64,000 nt of DNA, taken from contig NW_026889750.1 of NCBI RefSeq assembly GCF_033153115.1, positions 45,322,001-45,386,000 on the forward strand. The letters run 5' to 3'. The stretch comes from Saccostrea echinata. Lineage: Eukaryota. Positions 25,851 to 38,282 of this stretch are shown here, piece by piece (position 1 is the first letter of the stretch; the number at the start of each line of letters is the position of its first letter). A program made the position numbers and the translations under genes. The notes below the pieces were generated by a model. That model saw only the letters and a program-made list of their open reading frames with translations. It was not told the origin of the DNA and did not search any database.

Positions 25851-26079
25851 ACAACATAAATAGTGAAATGTTTTAAGAATTTTTGGCACATAATACTCTA
25901 AGATTGGCCGTTTAGGAAAACAAGTCCAAAAGTATTGCATGTGTATCTCTATGATCTGCCGTCTAATTTTTTTTCGTCCAGTTGTACAGCTTTGTAAACG
26001 TATATCAGAAGGCAGAAAACAGTTTATTTTGAATGTTTTTAAATTATTAGATATCATAATAACGATGAAAATAAGTATA

Positions 26080-26718
26080 ACAAGATGTGTTTGTGAAACA
26101 CTGATGCCCCCGTATGGCAGCTTATGGCGAAGGGTAAAGTTTCTTCAAATGCAAGTCAAAATCCAGGCCAAAAGATAAAAAATGTTGATGCCCAAAGAAA
26201 GGTCTTGTCTCGAGGAATACACCTGTGAAATTTGAAAGACCTAGATACAACTGTTCAAAAGTTATGGCGAAGGTTAAAGTTTTTTAAATAAAAGTCAAAC
26301 GTCAAGGTCAATGTCAAAGTGGTTGGTATCCAAAGGAAGATCTTGTCACAAGGATTACACCTGTGAAGTATGAGAGCCCTAGCACCAACCATTCAAAAGT
26401 TATGGCCAAGGTTAAAGTTTTTCAAAAGTAGGTCAAACTCCTAGGTCAAGGTCAAAAGGTCAAAGTGGTGGTTGGTATCCAAAGAAAGGTCTTGTTGCAA
26501 GGATTACATACGTGAAGTATGAAAGCCCTAGCTGCAACCACTCAAAAGTTATGGCCAAGGTTAAAGTTTTTCAAAAGTAGGTCAAACTCCTAAATCAAGG
26601 TCAAAGGGTCAAAGTGGTTGATATCCAGAGGAAGGTCTTGTCACAAGGAATACACATGTGAGGTTTGAAACCCTAAGCACCAACTGTTCAAAGGTTATGG
26701 CCAAGGTTAAATTTTTTC

Positions 26719-26749
<31 letters not shown>

Positions 26750-26983
26750 AAAGTTCAAATATGATGGTACCCAAAGAAAGGTCTTGTCACAAGGAATACA
26801 CATGTGAAATATGAAAGTCATAGCTCCAACCAATCAAAAGTTATGGGCAAGGTTAAAGTTGGCAACAGACAGACAGACAAACAGACAGACAAACGGACAA
26901 ACAGACAAACAGATAAACAGATAAACAGACAGACAGGACAAAAACAATATACCCCCGGGATCTTTCGATCCGGGGGCATAAAA
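26080..26983 (+). mobile_element. HINE of a second family with ~120-bp tandem units
   Basis: Begins aacaagatgtgtttgtgaaacactgatgcccc; tandem units (aaagttatggccaaggttaaag..ggtcaaactcc..ggtcttgtcacaagg); GACA microsatellite; terminal hairpin cccccggatctttcgatccgggggcataaaa. Confidence 0.88.
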
Positions 26984-28940
26984 ATGTCCGAATAAATGAT
27001 ACTCATTATAATTTGAACTTTTTCATAAGAAAATTTCATAGTTTTAATGAAATTTAAAGATACTGAAATAATTTATCTGACTGTATTATTTTTATGGTAT
27101 TCGTCATTTGCACAGGAAAGTCATTCTGACTCAGAAAGCATGCATTTTTGGCTAATATTTCCTATAGTTATTTGCAAGTCTATTGATTATTACAAAATGA
27201 TAAGACATGCTTGAGTCAAGAGGTGTCATGACACACGATGAAAAGGGGGTGGGTGGGGTGAAAGAGGGTGAATGGCATGATGAAAGACAGAAAAGTGACT
27301 TTGATATTCCAGAAATATAAGTAGCTGGGACCAAATCACAGCTCAATAACGAGCAAATAAGTCTGACTAGAAAGAAATTCTCTGATGAGAAATTTTGCAA
27401 CAATATAAAAATGTGTTTGTGTTTGAAGAAAGGGGTGTAACTACACCTACGAAGGCGAATTATAACGTTAAATTTTACTTTTAAAATCACTAAAATTCAA
27501 GTTCGGGGTGCTTAGCCCCCTGACCCCCCACAAGGACTTTGCCTTGGACCCACTGGAGGCCTTGAGTCGGTCCCCAGACCCCCTGTCTCTGAAAAAAATT
27601 CACACCCCAACCCAAATTCCTGGAACGCGCCTGACGAGTTCATTGAATGTATAAAAAGATACATTCACATCACATCATAAGGTGCTGAGATAGTCTAATC
27701 TTACATCACATAATCAAGAACTAACAATGTGTTGGCATAATGTTTAGATAGGATCACAACACGTATCGCCAAATAAAGTGCTGACATAACGGCTTACTAA
27801 TCACGGTAGAAGAGTTTGGATATGCAGTTATGGCGTTCCGTATTTATTTTACTCCAGTGGCATGTATAAAGAGTAAGTAAACGATACGAAAAATTAATCC
27901 ATTAACTAGAAGTAAAGTTTATGCAATTAGAGCCGAACGTGAACGAAACTTTTGTTTTATTCATATCTATAAATATTGCATATGGAGTTTCCTATAAAAT
28001 ATATTGTGGAATGGATGTTTTAAAAAAATGAAATTGAATTTTGTTGAGAATCGATATCAGTTTTAATAACTTTACATAGAAAAGCTTTCCCAGACTGTCT
28101 CCTGAAAGCTTCGTGTTAAAATTTTGAAATTAAAAAGTACTAATTAACTCTGAATTATATTTATATCCAGCCTAAGATACCTTTCCCTCGCAAGCTTGTG
28201 AATTCCACAAGGATTTTTGTAAAGTTCTTCTAGATAACATCAAATAATTTCTCAGGGCTCTGAAATGAACGTTTTGTCGCCGAATGGAATCGATACTAAC
28301 AGTGTCGCAAGGGTATACTTTACAGTCATTGTATAATTCAAACAACCCTTTTTAATACACATGCAGGGATCATAGACAAGGCAACTAGATTAAAGACATA
28401 CAAATACATTAAGCTAAACGAGAGTTCATCGTCATTTTGATCAGCAGAGAATGGTCCATTTATGTATATATACATCATTAGATATTGAACAATTCATTAA
28501 GTCTGTACTGGCAGACTCAGCTTCAGCGGCGACAAATAAGCTTTTTGATCATACTTAGGAAAAATAATCGATTCCGAATTTTATTTTGACGACATCTGTT
28601 ATTGCGTAAGTCTGTTTATATAAAAAAAAAAAGTCGTCCACCCTTTCAAATATACATTCAAATTAAATATTAAATATTCATGTAAGAATGCTATTATATC
28701 GTTTGTGAGAAGCCCGAATATGGAATCGATTGATTTCATCGTCACCATAAAAGAAACCTCCCAAACACTATCAGGAGCTCTGAACAGTCAGTCAAGCAAC
28801 AGACAGGATTTGTGTAGAGGCTCGCAGAAAAGGAATTCCTAGCTGTGGAAGAATGTAGAGTTTTTGTTAATGTCATATTTTTCGATGTGAGTTGTTAAAT
28901 CGATTCACAAGGAGGAAACAAATGAATTGTTAAATAACAA

Positions 28941-30797
28941 ATGCTGACGCAAGGTATTCCAACGTCTGATTCCTCACCGGTCAGACCCAGAACCCCCGCC
29001 TTGTCCGAGTTTGTCTGCGGACCATGTAGTTTCAGTCGGATTTATTCGAGAGGGACGTTCTACTGCCCCGTATGTAAGGAGCTCTTTTGTCACAATTGTG
29101 CCAAGCTCCATCGAATGAAGGAATGGTCACAAAATCACGCCATAGTACTTCTAGACAAAGCTAATTCAAAGCAGCTAAAGGCTATCGCATCGCAAAAAAT
29201 TTCAAAATCCGAACGGGAATCGTCACAGCGGCCACAGCGGTGGGGGAGGAGGGCACCACTTAACGAAGGGTTTGAATCCAAGTCCAAATATCTGAACGCC
29301 TTGGCCAGTAACCACGATCACGAGACAGAGGACTTGGAGAATGAATTGTACTGTCCGGAGCATGATGTTGTCTTCTGTCTGCGCTGTAAAGACCCCCACT
29401 CTGAGTGTAAAGGGACGGTTCCTATTGTTTCATTGGCAAAAAAGATTGAAATCGCTCAAGTTATTTCAAACTACAAGAGATGTGTTAAATTCGCGGATAT
29501 CATGTTAGAGGATCGACTTGAACAGAAGAAACAGGTCGAATCACAGAGAAGCGAGATAATTCCAAACATTCAGTCTATGAAGAACCATTTTGGTAACATG
29601 ATAAGTAAAAAGGCTACAGTGATAGAAAATGAAGTTTCTATCAAAATAGAACAAAATATTAAGAAAATTCATCAACATATGGAAAAATGTAAGCGTGTGA
29701 AATACATGGCACAGTCTGATCTAGACAGTCTTCTATCTACCGTAGAAAGAGCAGTGCCAGGACCCATTGTTAAAGTGTATCTCCGACTGAAAGTCAAATA
29801 TTCGGTCTTTGAGAAATATCTTAGAGAGTTATATAACGACACAGAGTACGTATCCTACCAGTTTGTGCCAAATGAAGAGATAATGACTCTACCAAACATC
29901 ATCTCATCTATTGGAACTCTGAAGGAAACCAAAAGTTCCTCAAAGTTACCTCCCTTTATGTCGGTAGACAATGTCAAACCTTTCAAAGAAAGGTCGCTAA
30001 CTTATCGTAAAAACGGTGACATTCGGCTGTTTGGACTCGGTGTTCTTGGAAAGGGAGGAATCACATCCATGCGATGTACGGCAAACTATATAATGGCAGT
30101 GGCTCGGAGCACGTGCGAGTTTCGCGTGTTCACGTTACGTGGCTGGACCTTTGCCCATTTAACGCTCTCATCACTGCCATGGGATTTTACTATGATATCT
30201 GAAAAAGAGGCTATTGTCAGTCTCCCTGGTGATAAGAAATTGGTGACCTTGACCATTGATTTCACACTACGTAGAGTAACACAGACAAGGGAAATTATTC
30301 TGGATGAGGCATGTTGGGGATTGACAGAATTTAAGGGAAAGTTGATCGGCACATTCTTGCCTTTTGAATTAGACGCTCATTTAAGGGTCATGACCTATGA
30401 CGGAACCATGGAGAGAAAAATTGAAATCCAGGATTCTCCAGTGGCGTTTCGAGCACCACAATATGTGTTGTATCATGAGGATAAAGTGTACATTTCGGAC
30501 AGTTATTCACATGCACTGATTATCATTGACCTAGATGGACACGTAACGTTTGCCTTCAAAGTCGCCGAGTTCGAGAATCCGGCGGGAATGACCGTTGATG
30601 ATCAGGGGAACGTTTATGTTTGTGGGAAGACGTCACATAACGTTTTCCAGATCTCGAGGGAGGGGGAAATCCGGGAAATTCTATCCCAGGAGGACTGCCC
30701 CTCGCGACCTTGCTGTATTGGTCTGCTGGGGGACGGATCCACTTTACTAGTAGGATATTCAAACTCCAACGTGTTAAAATCATTTCAGTTTAAATAA
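28941..30797 (+). CDS. Intronless RING-less TRIM-like protein: B-box(es), coiled coil, NHL/6-bladed beta-propeller (618 aa)
   Basis: Single ORF. B-box CGPC..CPVCKELFCHNCAKLH..H, degenerate second B-box CPEH..CLRC..H..C, helical middle region, NHL-like blades (PWDFTM, CWGLT, VYISDSYSH, NPAGMTVDDQGNVYVCGKTSHNV). Confidence 0.9.
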   Translation: MLTQGIPTSDSSPVRPRTPALSEFVCGPCSFSRIYSRGTFYCPVCKELFCHNCAKLHRMKEWSQNHAIVLLDKANSKQLKAIASQKISKSERESSQRPQRWGRRAPLNEGFESKSKYLNALASNHDHETEDLENELYCPEHDVVFCLRCKDPHSECKGTVPIVSLAKKIEIAQVISNYKRCVKFADIMLEDRLEQKKQVESQRSEIIPNIQSMKNHFGNMISKKATVIENEVSIKIEQNIKKIHQHMEKCKRVKYMAQSDLDSLLSTVERAVPGPIVKVYLRLKVKYSVFEKYLRELYNDTEYVSYQFVPNEEIMTLPNIISSIGTLKETKSSSKLPPFMSVDNVKPFKERSLTYRKNGDIRLFGLGVLGKGGITSMRCTANYIMAVARSTCEFRVFTLRGWTFAHLTLSSLPWDFTMISEKEAIVSLPGDKKLVTLTIDFTLRRVTQTREIILDEACWGLTEFKGKLIGTFLPFELDAHLRVMTYDGTMERKIEIQDSPVAFRAPQYVLYHEDKVYISDSYSHALIIIDLDGHVTFAFKVAEFENPAGMTVDDQGNVYVCGKTSHNVFQISREGEIREILSQEDCPSRPCCIGLLGDGSTLLVGYSNSNVLKSFQFK

Positions 30798-31742
30798 TGG
30801 ATTTTTTTCTTTTACAATATATAAGTACAAGTATTTTGTTACATGTATTTATAAACTGCCACTGGCATTGTGATACTGTGATTACCAGTTGGCATACATA
30901 GTTTATTTTTAATGCAATATCGCCGATAGTAAACGCTGAACAATTTTTTGTGTTATTTTTACAGTCTTCTATTGGAATATAAAGAAAAAATAATAATACT
31001 GCCCTGTACATTTTCAGGCAAGAGTTTTTTTTTGGGGGGGGGGGTTAAATACTTTAAAAGTATAAACTAATTAGTCAGGATCTTAAAAATGATAAAAGGC
31101 AAAGTCCCAATAAATGATGTTAAAAAGTCGATAAACCATTTGTTACTTTTTTTTAAATCTATTTATTTATTTATTTATTTTTCTTCAAATTTTTAAATTT
31201 TTTGCCATTTAATTTCCAAATCTTGCCTATTATGATGTAAACTTTAAGTTCCTTCTAGTAAATTCAAGTGATTAAAATGTTGTCTAATCCGGAATGTTGT
31301 AAAATCCAGCCAATTTCTATGGAACCAGTAACGTCCGGATTAGACATGTTTCTCCGCTCTGTTTATCCCGCATAATCTGGTAACAACAAGTTGTTCCTAA
31401 GACTTAAGAAAGTATCAAATTAATGTATTATTTATCCAATAGTATTATTAACATAGACAATAATTTTATATTTATTTATTTTTTTCTCCACCCCTTTTGT
31501 GTAGGAAAGCATGTTAAGCCCCTGTCAACCCTTAATAAAAAATATTTACAATTCCAAATATTTTTCCATAAGATTCTTTGCAAATTAAAAAAGTTCATGT
31601 TCTCATGAACTACCGTGGGATGAGTAAGAATATTTCCATTGTGATGTGACTGAAGTCAAAAAATAGTGCAAACTTTTTTTTTCAAACATGATCGTTGAAT
31701 GACAAAAATATGTGGCAAGTCATCAGAAAAATAATGTAAATA

Positions 31743-31914
31743 TAAGATATGAATTTAATTATTGAGAATTCATGAGGTACATGAACTACAACGCTTCACT
31801 CCACGCCTGCATATTTATCATGAAGCGCTAGTTAACACGCTTCATGAAATATGCAGGCGTGAAGCGTCATAGTTCATGTCCTCATGAATTCTCAAAAATT
31901 AAATTCATCTCTTA
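31743..31914. repeat. ~170-bp imperfect palindrome (foldback element)
   Basis: atgaatttaatt..tgagaattcatgagg..catgaacta..acgcctgcatattt..catgaagcg / cgcttcatg..aaatatgcaggcgt..tagttcatg..cctcatgaattctca..aattaaattcat. Confidence 0.85.
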
Positions 31915-32093
31915 AAAGGTTAAGATATAAGGACAACCTTTTAAAGGTTGCGATGATTTCAATATTTTACCCTTAATGTACGTAAATTACCCATAATGTA
32001 AATAAATAAATTACCCTTAGTGTAAGAATCTGATCACACTAAAACAGACAAGTGCACAGTATTCAATTAACGTGAGGTATAGATAGATTGGAT

Positions 32094-32233
32094 NNNNNNN
32101 NNNNNNNNNNNNNNNNNNNNNNNNNNNNNNNNNNNNNNNNNNNNNNNNNNNNNNNNNNNNNNNNNNNNNNNNNNNNNNNNNNNNNNNNNNNNNNNNNNNN
32201 NNNNNNNNNNNNNNNNNNNNNNNNNNNNNNNNN
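32094..32233. other. Assembly gap (140 N)
   Basis: Run of N. Confidence 0.99.
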
Positions 32234-32599
32234 AACAGTGTAGAAGTACAAAGCCTGTGCAGGATTAACAAAACCTATTGCAATTAATGCTGATGGCTGC
32301 TATTTGGAGCTTTGAAATTTGCATAAAACCGTTTGAACTATAAATAGACTTTCATTAATTTCTCTGATGACGCAAATTGGAAAGCCCATGAGATGGGAAG
32401 AAATTATCTTTAGGGGGAAAAAAGTTTCAGAAATTTATTCAAATTATTTTGAAAATCTGTCATTCATTGTCTTTTATCTCCATAGCAACCAACCAACTGT
32501 GGTAGATTCCTTTGTTTGATATTAAAATTTGTACATGTATTTACTGACTAGAACACAATTTCTTTAAAACAAACCAAAAAATAAACCAAATTAGAGTTT

Positions 32600-33297
32600 A
32601 GCTCTTACTTAAAGAAACTATTCAATATATTTTATCGAACCTTACAAGCTGATACATACTGGTGAAAACTATTTAACTTCATCAACTTTTTTTGACCTTG
32701 ACCTTTCCTTTGATCTTGATCTCACTTTTCTTAAAATAGTGTTAAGCTCAGTTTCAAAAAAAAAAAAACTATTCAAGATATCAATTCTATCGTGCTTATA
32801 CACATTGGTAAGAGCTGTTCGACTGCATCATTGTGTTTTACTTTGATCTTTCCTTCTATCTTGACTTCAAATTTGTGTTTAGCTAAATTTCAAAGAAACT
32901 ATTCAAGATATTTTTATCAAACGTCAAATACTTATATATATATTGAAGAGAGCTATTCAACTGCATCAGCATTTTTGACCTTGAACTTCACTTTGACCTT
33001 AAACTCACTTTTTTAGATTGTGTATTTAGCTCAGTTTCAAAGAAACTATTCAAGATATTTTTTATGTAAGCTTATGCACTGATACATTATTTGGTAAGAA
33101 TTTATTAATTGTGTCCAATTTGCTTTTTACCTTGACCTTCCCAATGACCTTTGACTTTGCTATTTATTGTGTATAAAACTCAGTTTTAAAAAATATTCAG
33201 GATATTTTCATCAAACTCCATACACTAATACAAATTTTCATGTTTCATTACTAATGAATTTGAGCGGGGCATTTGTCCTATGCACATATTTCTAGTT
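32600..33297 (-). mobile_element. Degenerate HINE-like element with ~135-bp tandem units
   Basis: Repeated aaagaaactattcaagatat..tgaccttgac units, ending gcggggcatttgtcctatgcacatatttctagtt. Confidence 0.6.
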
Positions 33298-33418
33298 TTT
33301 TGTTTTTGTTTGTTTGGTTGGTTGGTTTTTGTTTTGTTTGATTTTGTTTTGAACTCATTCACTTTTATATCTAGTACTGTACACGAACTCCATTCGTTTT
33401 GTGAACTGCTGACTTTAA

Positions 33419-34201
33419 AGGTGCTTGGACACAGATTTGAAGTTAATATTTTCTCAAATTTTCTGTAAAATTTCAAGACTTATATGTTGCTATAGCATTT
33501 CATACTAAAAAAGAATAAAAATCTTATTTCATCTCGTAGTTATTGAAACTTCAAATTTCTGAACGCGTTTGATTGACACATCCTTGCACTTTCACAAATT
33601 TTAATTTTATTCTTAATACTTAAGAAAAGTGGCAATTTTGTTGTGTATTCATGAAAAATATTTAAACTATAATCCAGAAAATTCAGAGTAGAAATGTTCG
33701 AAAGCAAAACCCACTCACAGTATTGTCAGTTCGTGCTCAGTGGTGTGTGCAGACTTTAACAATTGAACACACCCGGTGAATCGTAAACATTAACAATAGC
33801 AGAGCTCGTGCCCTGTTTACAAAAACAGTTTACGTTTCACGGGTGTATTCAATTTGTTAAACTCTGTACACAACACTGAGCACGGGCTGACGATATTAGT
33901 GAGAGGATTTGCTTTCGCACATTTCTACTCTGAATTTTCTGGATTATAGATGCAATGTTTTTCATTAATATACATACATCAAAATCGCTTCTTTTCTTAA
34001 ATGTTAGGGATAAAGATAAAATTTGTGAAAGTGCAAGGATGTGTAAATCAAACGCGTCCAGGAATTCGTAGTTCCAATAATTTCAAGATAAAATAAGTTT
34101 TTAATTATATTTTCGTGTGAAATGCTATTGCAATATATAAGTCGTGATATTATACAGAAAATTTGAGAAAATATTAACTTCAAATCTGTGTCTAAGCACC
34201 T
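33419..34201. mobile_element. Almost fully palindromic MITE, TTAA-flanked (Kolobok-like ends)
   Basis: ttaa|aggtgcttggacacagatttgaagttaatattttctcaaattttctgta ... tacagaaaatttgagaaaatattaacttcaaatctgtgtctaagcacct|ttaa; imperfect arms pair over ~370 bp. Confidence 0.88.
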
Positions 34202-34559
34202 TTAAACTAGACTATTGAAAGCCCTGTAACATCAACTAGATATAAACTAAGCTTCAAGGGCAGAATGGGACTGTTAATAAATCATGGATTTACTTTAACA
34301 ATTTATTGCTCTCTTGTAATCCTGTAAATTATATTCACGCCAGGTATAAATGATGATTTATCAAGGTTAGAATAGCACTATTAATAAATCATGGATTTAC
34401 TTTAACTATTTATGGCTCTCATTATTTCACGCCAATTATAAATGATGTCCTTGACGTACTGACGAGGGAAACTCTAAAATGAGGAATCCTCCCTTTGGGA
34501 ACTCAATACACATTAAAATTAAACATTAATAATCCTAGACCAATCACAGACATGAAATA

Positions 34560-36685
34560 TGAAATATGGCGATCACGAACAGTATTCAAGCTCAAAGTCC
34601 ATTTAAACAATACAAATCGGGAGCAGAGCAAACATGGACCTCCAAAATCATCAGAGGGGGATCAGGTGCCATTGAGGAGCGAGCATCCCCTGCCGACCGG
34701 TCACACCCGCCGTGTGCTCCTTGTCATGAATGGGAAAACGGAAAAATCCGTAGGCAATTAAGTGTGTTAGTAATGGCCTAACATTAGTATGAAAAAAGGT
34801 CAGTCAGCATTTGACTTAAGATGGGTTGTATTTGCTGACAAGGTCATTCTATCGACCATAAAACTTGTAAAACGATGACTTCAGACGAGATTGTTGATAT
34901 CCTTGTTTCATCAACTTGTTTGTCAATAACTTGCCTCGTTTTAGAAATTGTTCATACGTAGAGCTTGCTCTTGCCTATCGAATCAACTGGGAGACAAAAA
35001 CCCCATGTGCAGGTGATAAGGGTATATTGCTATAGAAGTAAGGAAAGTTGACGATTGAAAAATTGAAGTCATCAAGTTTGTCATAAAGCTTTGTAGTTAG
35101 GTTACTATTAAAGTCTTTTTTCAAGTAAAATATCCAAATATGAAACAGATGTGTCAGACTCTGTGGTATCTTTTATTTCAAGCTCACTGGGATATATCGA
35201 GTCGACAAATGAATGGAAGTAACTATTGTTAATTGATAATACGTCGTCGATATATCTAAATGTCGAGTTGAAGGCCACGACAAGTGTTTTCTTCTTCTCA
35301 TGTAGAAGTTTTTTTAAAAATAAATTCTGCTTCATATGAATACAAAAATAGGTCTGTTAACAAGGGGGCGCAATTGGTACCAATTGGAATTCCAGCAGAT
35401 TGTTGAAAGATCTGATCTCCAAAAACTACATAGATCGTCGATCAGAAACTCAAGCATCTTTTCAATATCAGAGTACTTGTGTGTACAATCAGAATGCTTT
35501 TTAACGAAATAATTTTGCAAATGACCAATGAAAAGTAAGTATATTTACGAGTTCCATTTTTATTGAAAAAGCAGCTGTCAGTGATGTCAAAAAGCCTGGA
35601 CTTTAATTTATTGTGGGGAATGGTTGTATAATGTGTTGAAAAGTTGTACGTTTTGATGTTATTGATTTTGTTAAAATTTTTTGATTTCAAATTTTCTAAA
35701 AATTCCTTGGAGTTTTTAAGTATCCACATCTGATTTACACCACTTCTCGAATATACTGTTGCACAGTACTCTTGAAGTTTCTCCTTCAATGCTGTAAATA
35801 TTTTAGTGAGGAGTAAAGAAAGAGGCTTGGTAGAACATTTACTGAAACCTGCTATGTATCTTTGTTTGTAAAGATTTTATGGAGTTTTGGAATCCAGTAT
35901 CGGTATGGTAATTCAAATTCATTTTGATTGTTGGGAATATTTAAAACTGATATATTGTTTTTGAAGAATTTCCTCCTTAGAAAGTGAGCTATGGGTATAA
36001 GTTGGATGACCAATTGCAGAATTAAATCCTAATTCCTCTAAAAAACAATTCAAATAATGAGCCTTACAAACAAAGACAATGTTGTTAACTGCTTCGTCAC
36101 CGGGGACCAGTGCATACTGATCGTTTAATAAATCTAATTCTTGTTTCACATCTGCATTGTCGAAGACAGAAGGATGGATGGTTGTCATATTGCCCCTCAG
36201 TCGCTTAATCCGCGATTTCAACATACATCTGATACATTTAATCCATTCTGACAAAGTGTCAAGGTCTTCTTTTTCTTATTTAGTCCATCGCCTGGCGTAA
36301 TCTTCCACTGAATTTATAATATTTATGAAATTATGACGCCAGTTGAAAGATCGAGGTTCCCTAAACTTAGGCCCTCTTATAATTACTATATTTACGTCAT
36401 CAGTAATGACGTGTCCAGAAGGACTATAGTTGTAGGGTGAAGGAGAATATGATCACGTTGGAGGATTGTGTTTCAGATGCTCGATATCTAGGCACTGTAG
36501 AGTTTTTTTTTAATAATTAAAAAGTTTGAAAGCAATTGTCGATGTATATTTGTTAGAAATACAAGGTGTTGACTTCAACTTGAAATATGGTGGAATACAA
36601 AACTGTACCTTTTTGTGATTAAGAATATTACTTATATTAACTGCGTTAATTCCTTTCTTGGTATATTGAAGTTAAAGAAACAAAC
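34560..36685 (-). mobile_element. Longer Penelope-like retroelement copy, frameshifted
   Basis: ORF pieces LVPGDEAVNNIVFVCK, GVNQMWILKNS, TYNFSTHYTTIPH, FRYIDDVLSINN, SYLDI in successive frames. Confidence 0.88.
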
Positions 36686-38282
36686 GGGTTGCTTGATTGG
36701 TTTAAATTTTGGTCCAAAACTCTATGTCCGACTTATAGGCGAGTCCTAGAAAGATTGGTATTTTTCTGGACGGCGAAATATATATTTTTAAAGAACTCTG
36801 ATGATTACCGTTCACAAAAGTCTGGACTATTATTTTATTTTTGTATTCTAACATTATGCATAAAAGTACGAGCATTGCATAATACGCTAGCTAGCTTTAT
36901 ATATATATATTAAAAAAAATATGCCAGACTATAGTATATTACTCACATGCAATTAAAATATGATAGGATATTTGTTAATTAAATGTGTTAAAGAAGCATT
37001 AAATATTTAAGAAAACAACGTTGTGGGGTGTTATTTACGAAGGATGACTGATCTTCGGTAACTGTGATGCATTATCTTAATTAAAATGTCATGATCTTGA
37101 ATGAGTTAGAAGCACGAAATTTCACCATTTGTATTGTGTTGTGTTATACTCTGATTAGGATTGACTTGAAAGTTACAGCGGTTTCTATCTATTTTAAAAT
37201 CTCGATTCAGTGACAGCATAAGTAATAGGAAATATATATGAAATACCTATAGTGAGTTATTCCCAAGTTATTTCTTCAAAAAGCGACTTTATTTACCAAA
37301 CTAAGATCCTTTAAGAGTAACGAACTCATTACTACTCATCACATATGATTTTGGGCGTGCTGAGAATAGATCAAAAACAATTGTTCAATTCAGTTAGAAA
37401 AAAAGAGTATTGTCTAAATATATCAAGTTGTCTAGGTGCTATTTCAATAAATAAATAAATAAATAAATAAATAAATACTCAGGTATGACAAGTTCAAAAA
37501 TATCGCACACTGGAATCGTCCTTTCTTTTGAAGTCGACTCAGAAAAACAACAAAACGAGAAAAATATTGATTCTACCATTGAAGAAACAGCTATTCTGTG
37601 TTGTTCTTGAAAAGAAAATTCAATTTCAATTCATTTTGCTGCTCTTTGAAATTAATGAAGACGGATAAAATATTGTAGTTCGCGTTTAGCTCTTAGATCA
37701 GTGAAGAAAATTTAATTAGAGAAATTTGCCTATGAAGCCTGTTTCTTTTCAAGTTTTTATTCCGCGAAAGCTGATCCAAAAACTCTCTGAATACCAGAAC
37801 TGTTGGGAACGCGAACAATTTTCCGTTGCGAACTTGACGGAATTTATTGTAGTGAATTAAAATCGGAAGAATAACAAAATTCAGTAGCCATTCATCTCCT
37901 TCCTTTCAGGCGAATGACTAATTTACATGTATTGTCTCCATAGTGCATCATTTTACAGTTTTACAGGGAAAGCATAAAACATGACATATTGGAAGCTCTC
38001 AGTAATCATTAGAATTTATTTATATTAGAAGTGCTTGATATCAACTTTCAAGTTTTATCCCGAACAAGGAACTGTTTATACATGAGAGAGAAATGGGTAA
38101 AACATTCAGAAAGTTTCCTGGTATGAATTGTTTTTATCAATAAAAAAACACGACAAACCTTTATAATGTAAAAAGACGTTGCAAATATTTAAATGAGAGA
38201 CCTCAATTTGGAAGAGTTGCCAGGACAGAGTGGGAACAGGGATAGATACCGGTAATTAGTTTAAATCTGCAAGGCTATAATA

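Noticed and set aside
30086-30783. Antisense ORFs within the TRIM-like gene (also 62273-63007 in the PDZ exon)
   Set aside because: Shadow frames of real coding sequence.
32017-32271. ORFs spanning the N run
   Set aside because: Artefacts of the assembly gap.
34455-34485. Second hammerhead (ctgacga gggaaactc taaa)
   Set aside because: GAAA box missing, no stem III/I, and opposite strand to the RT.
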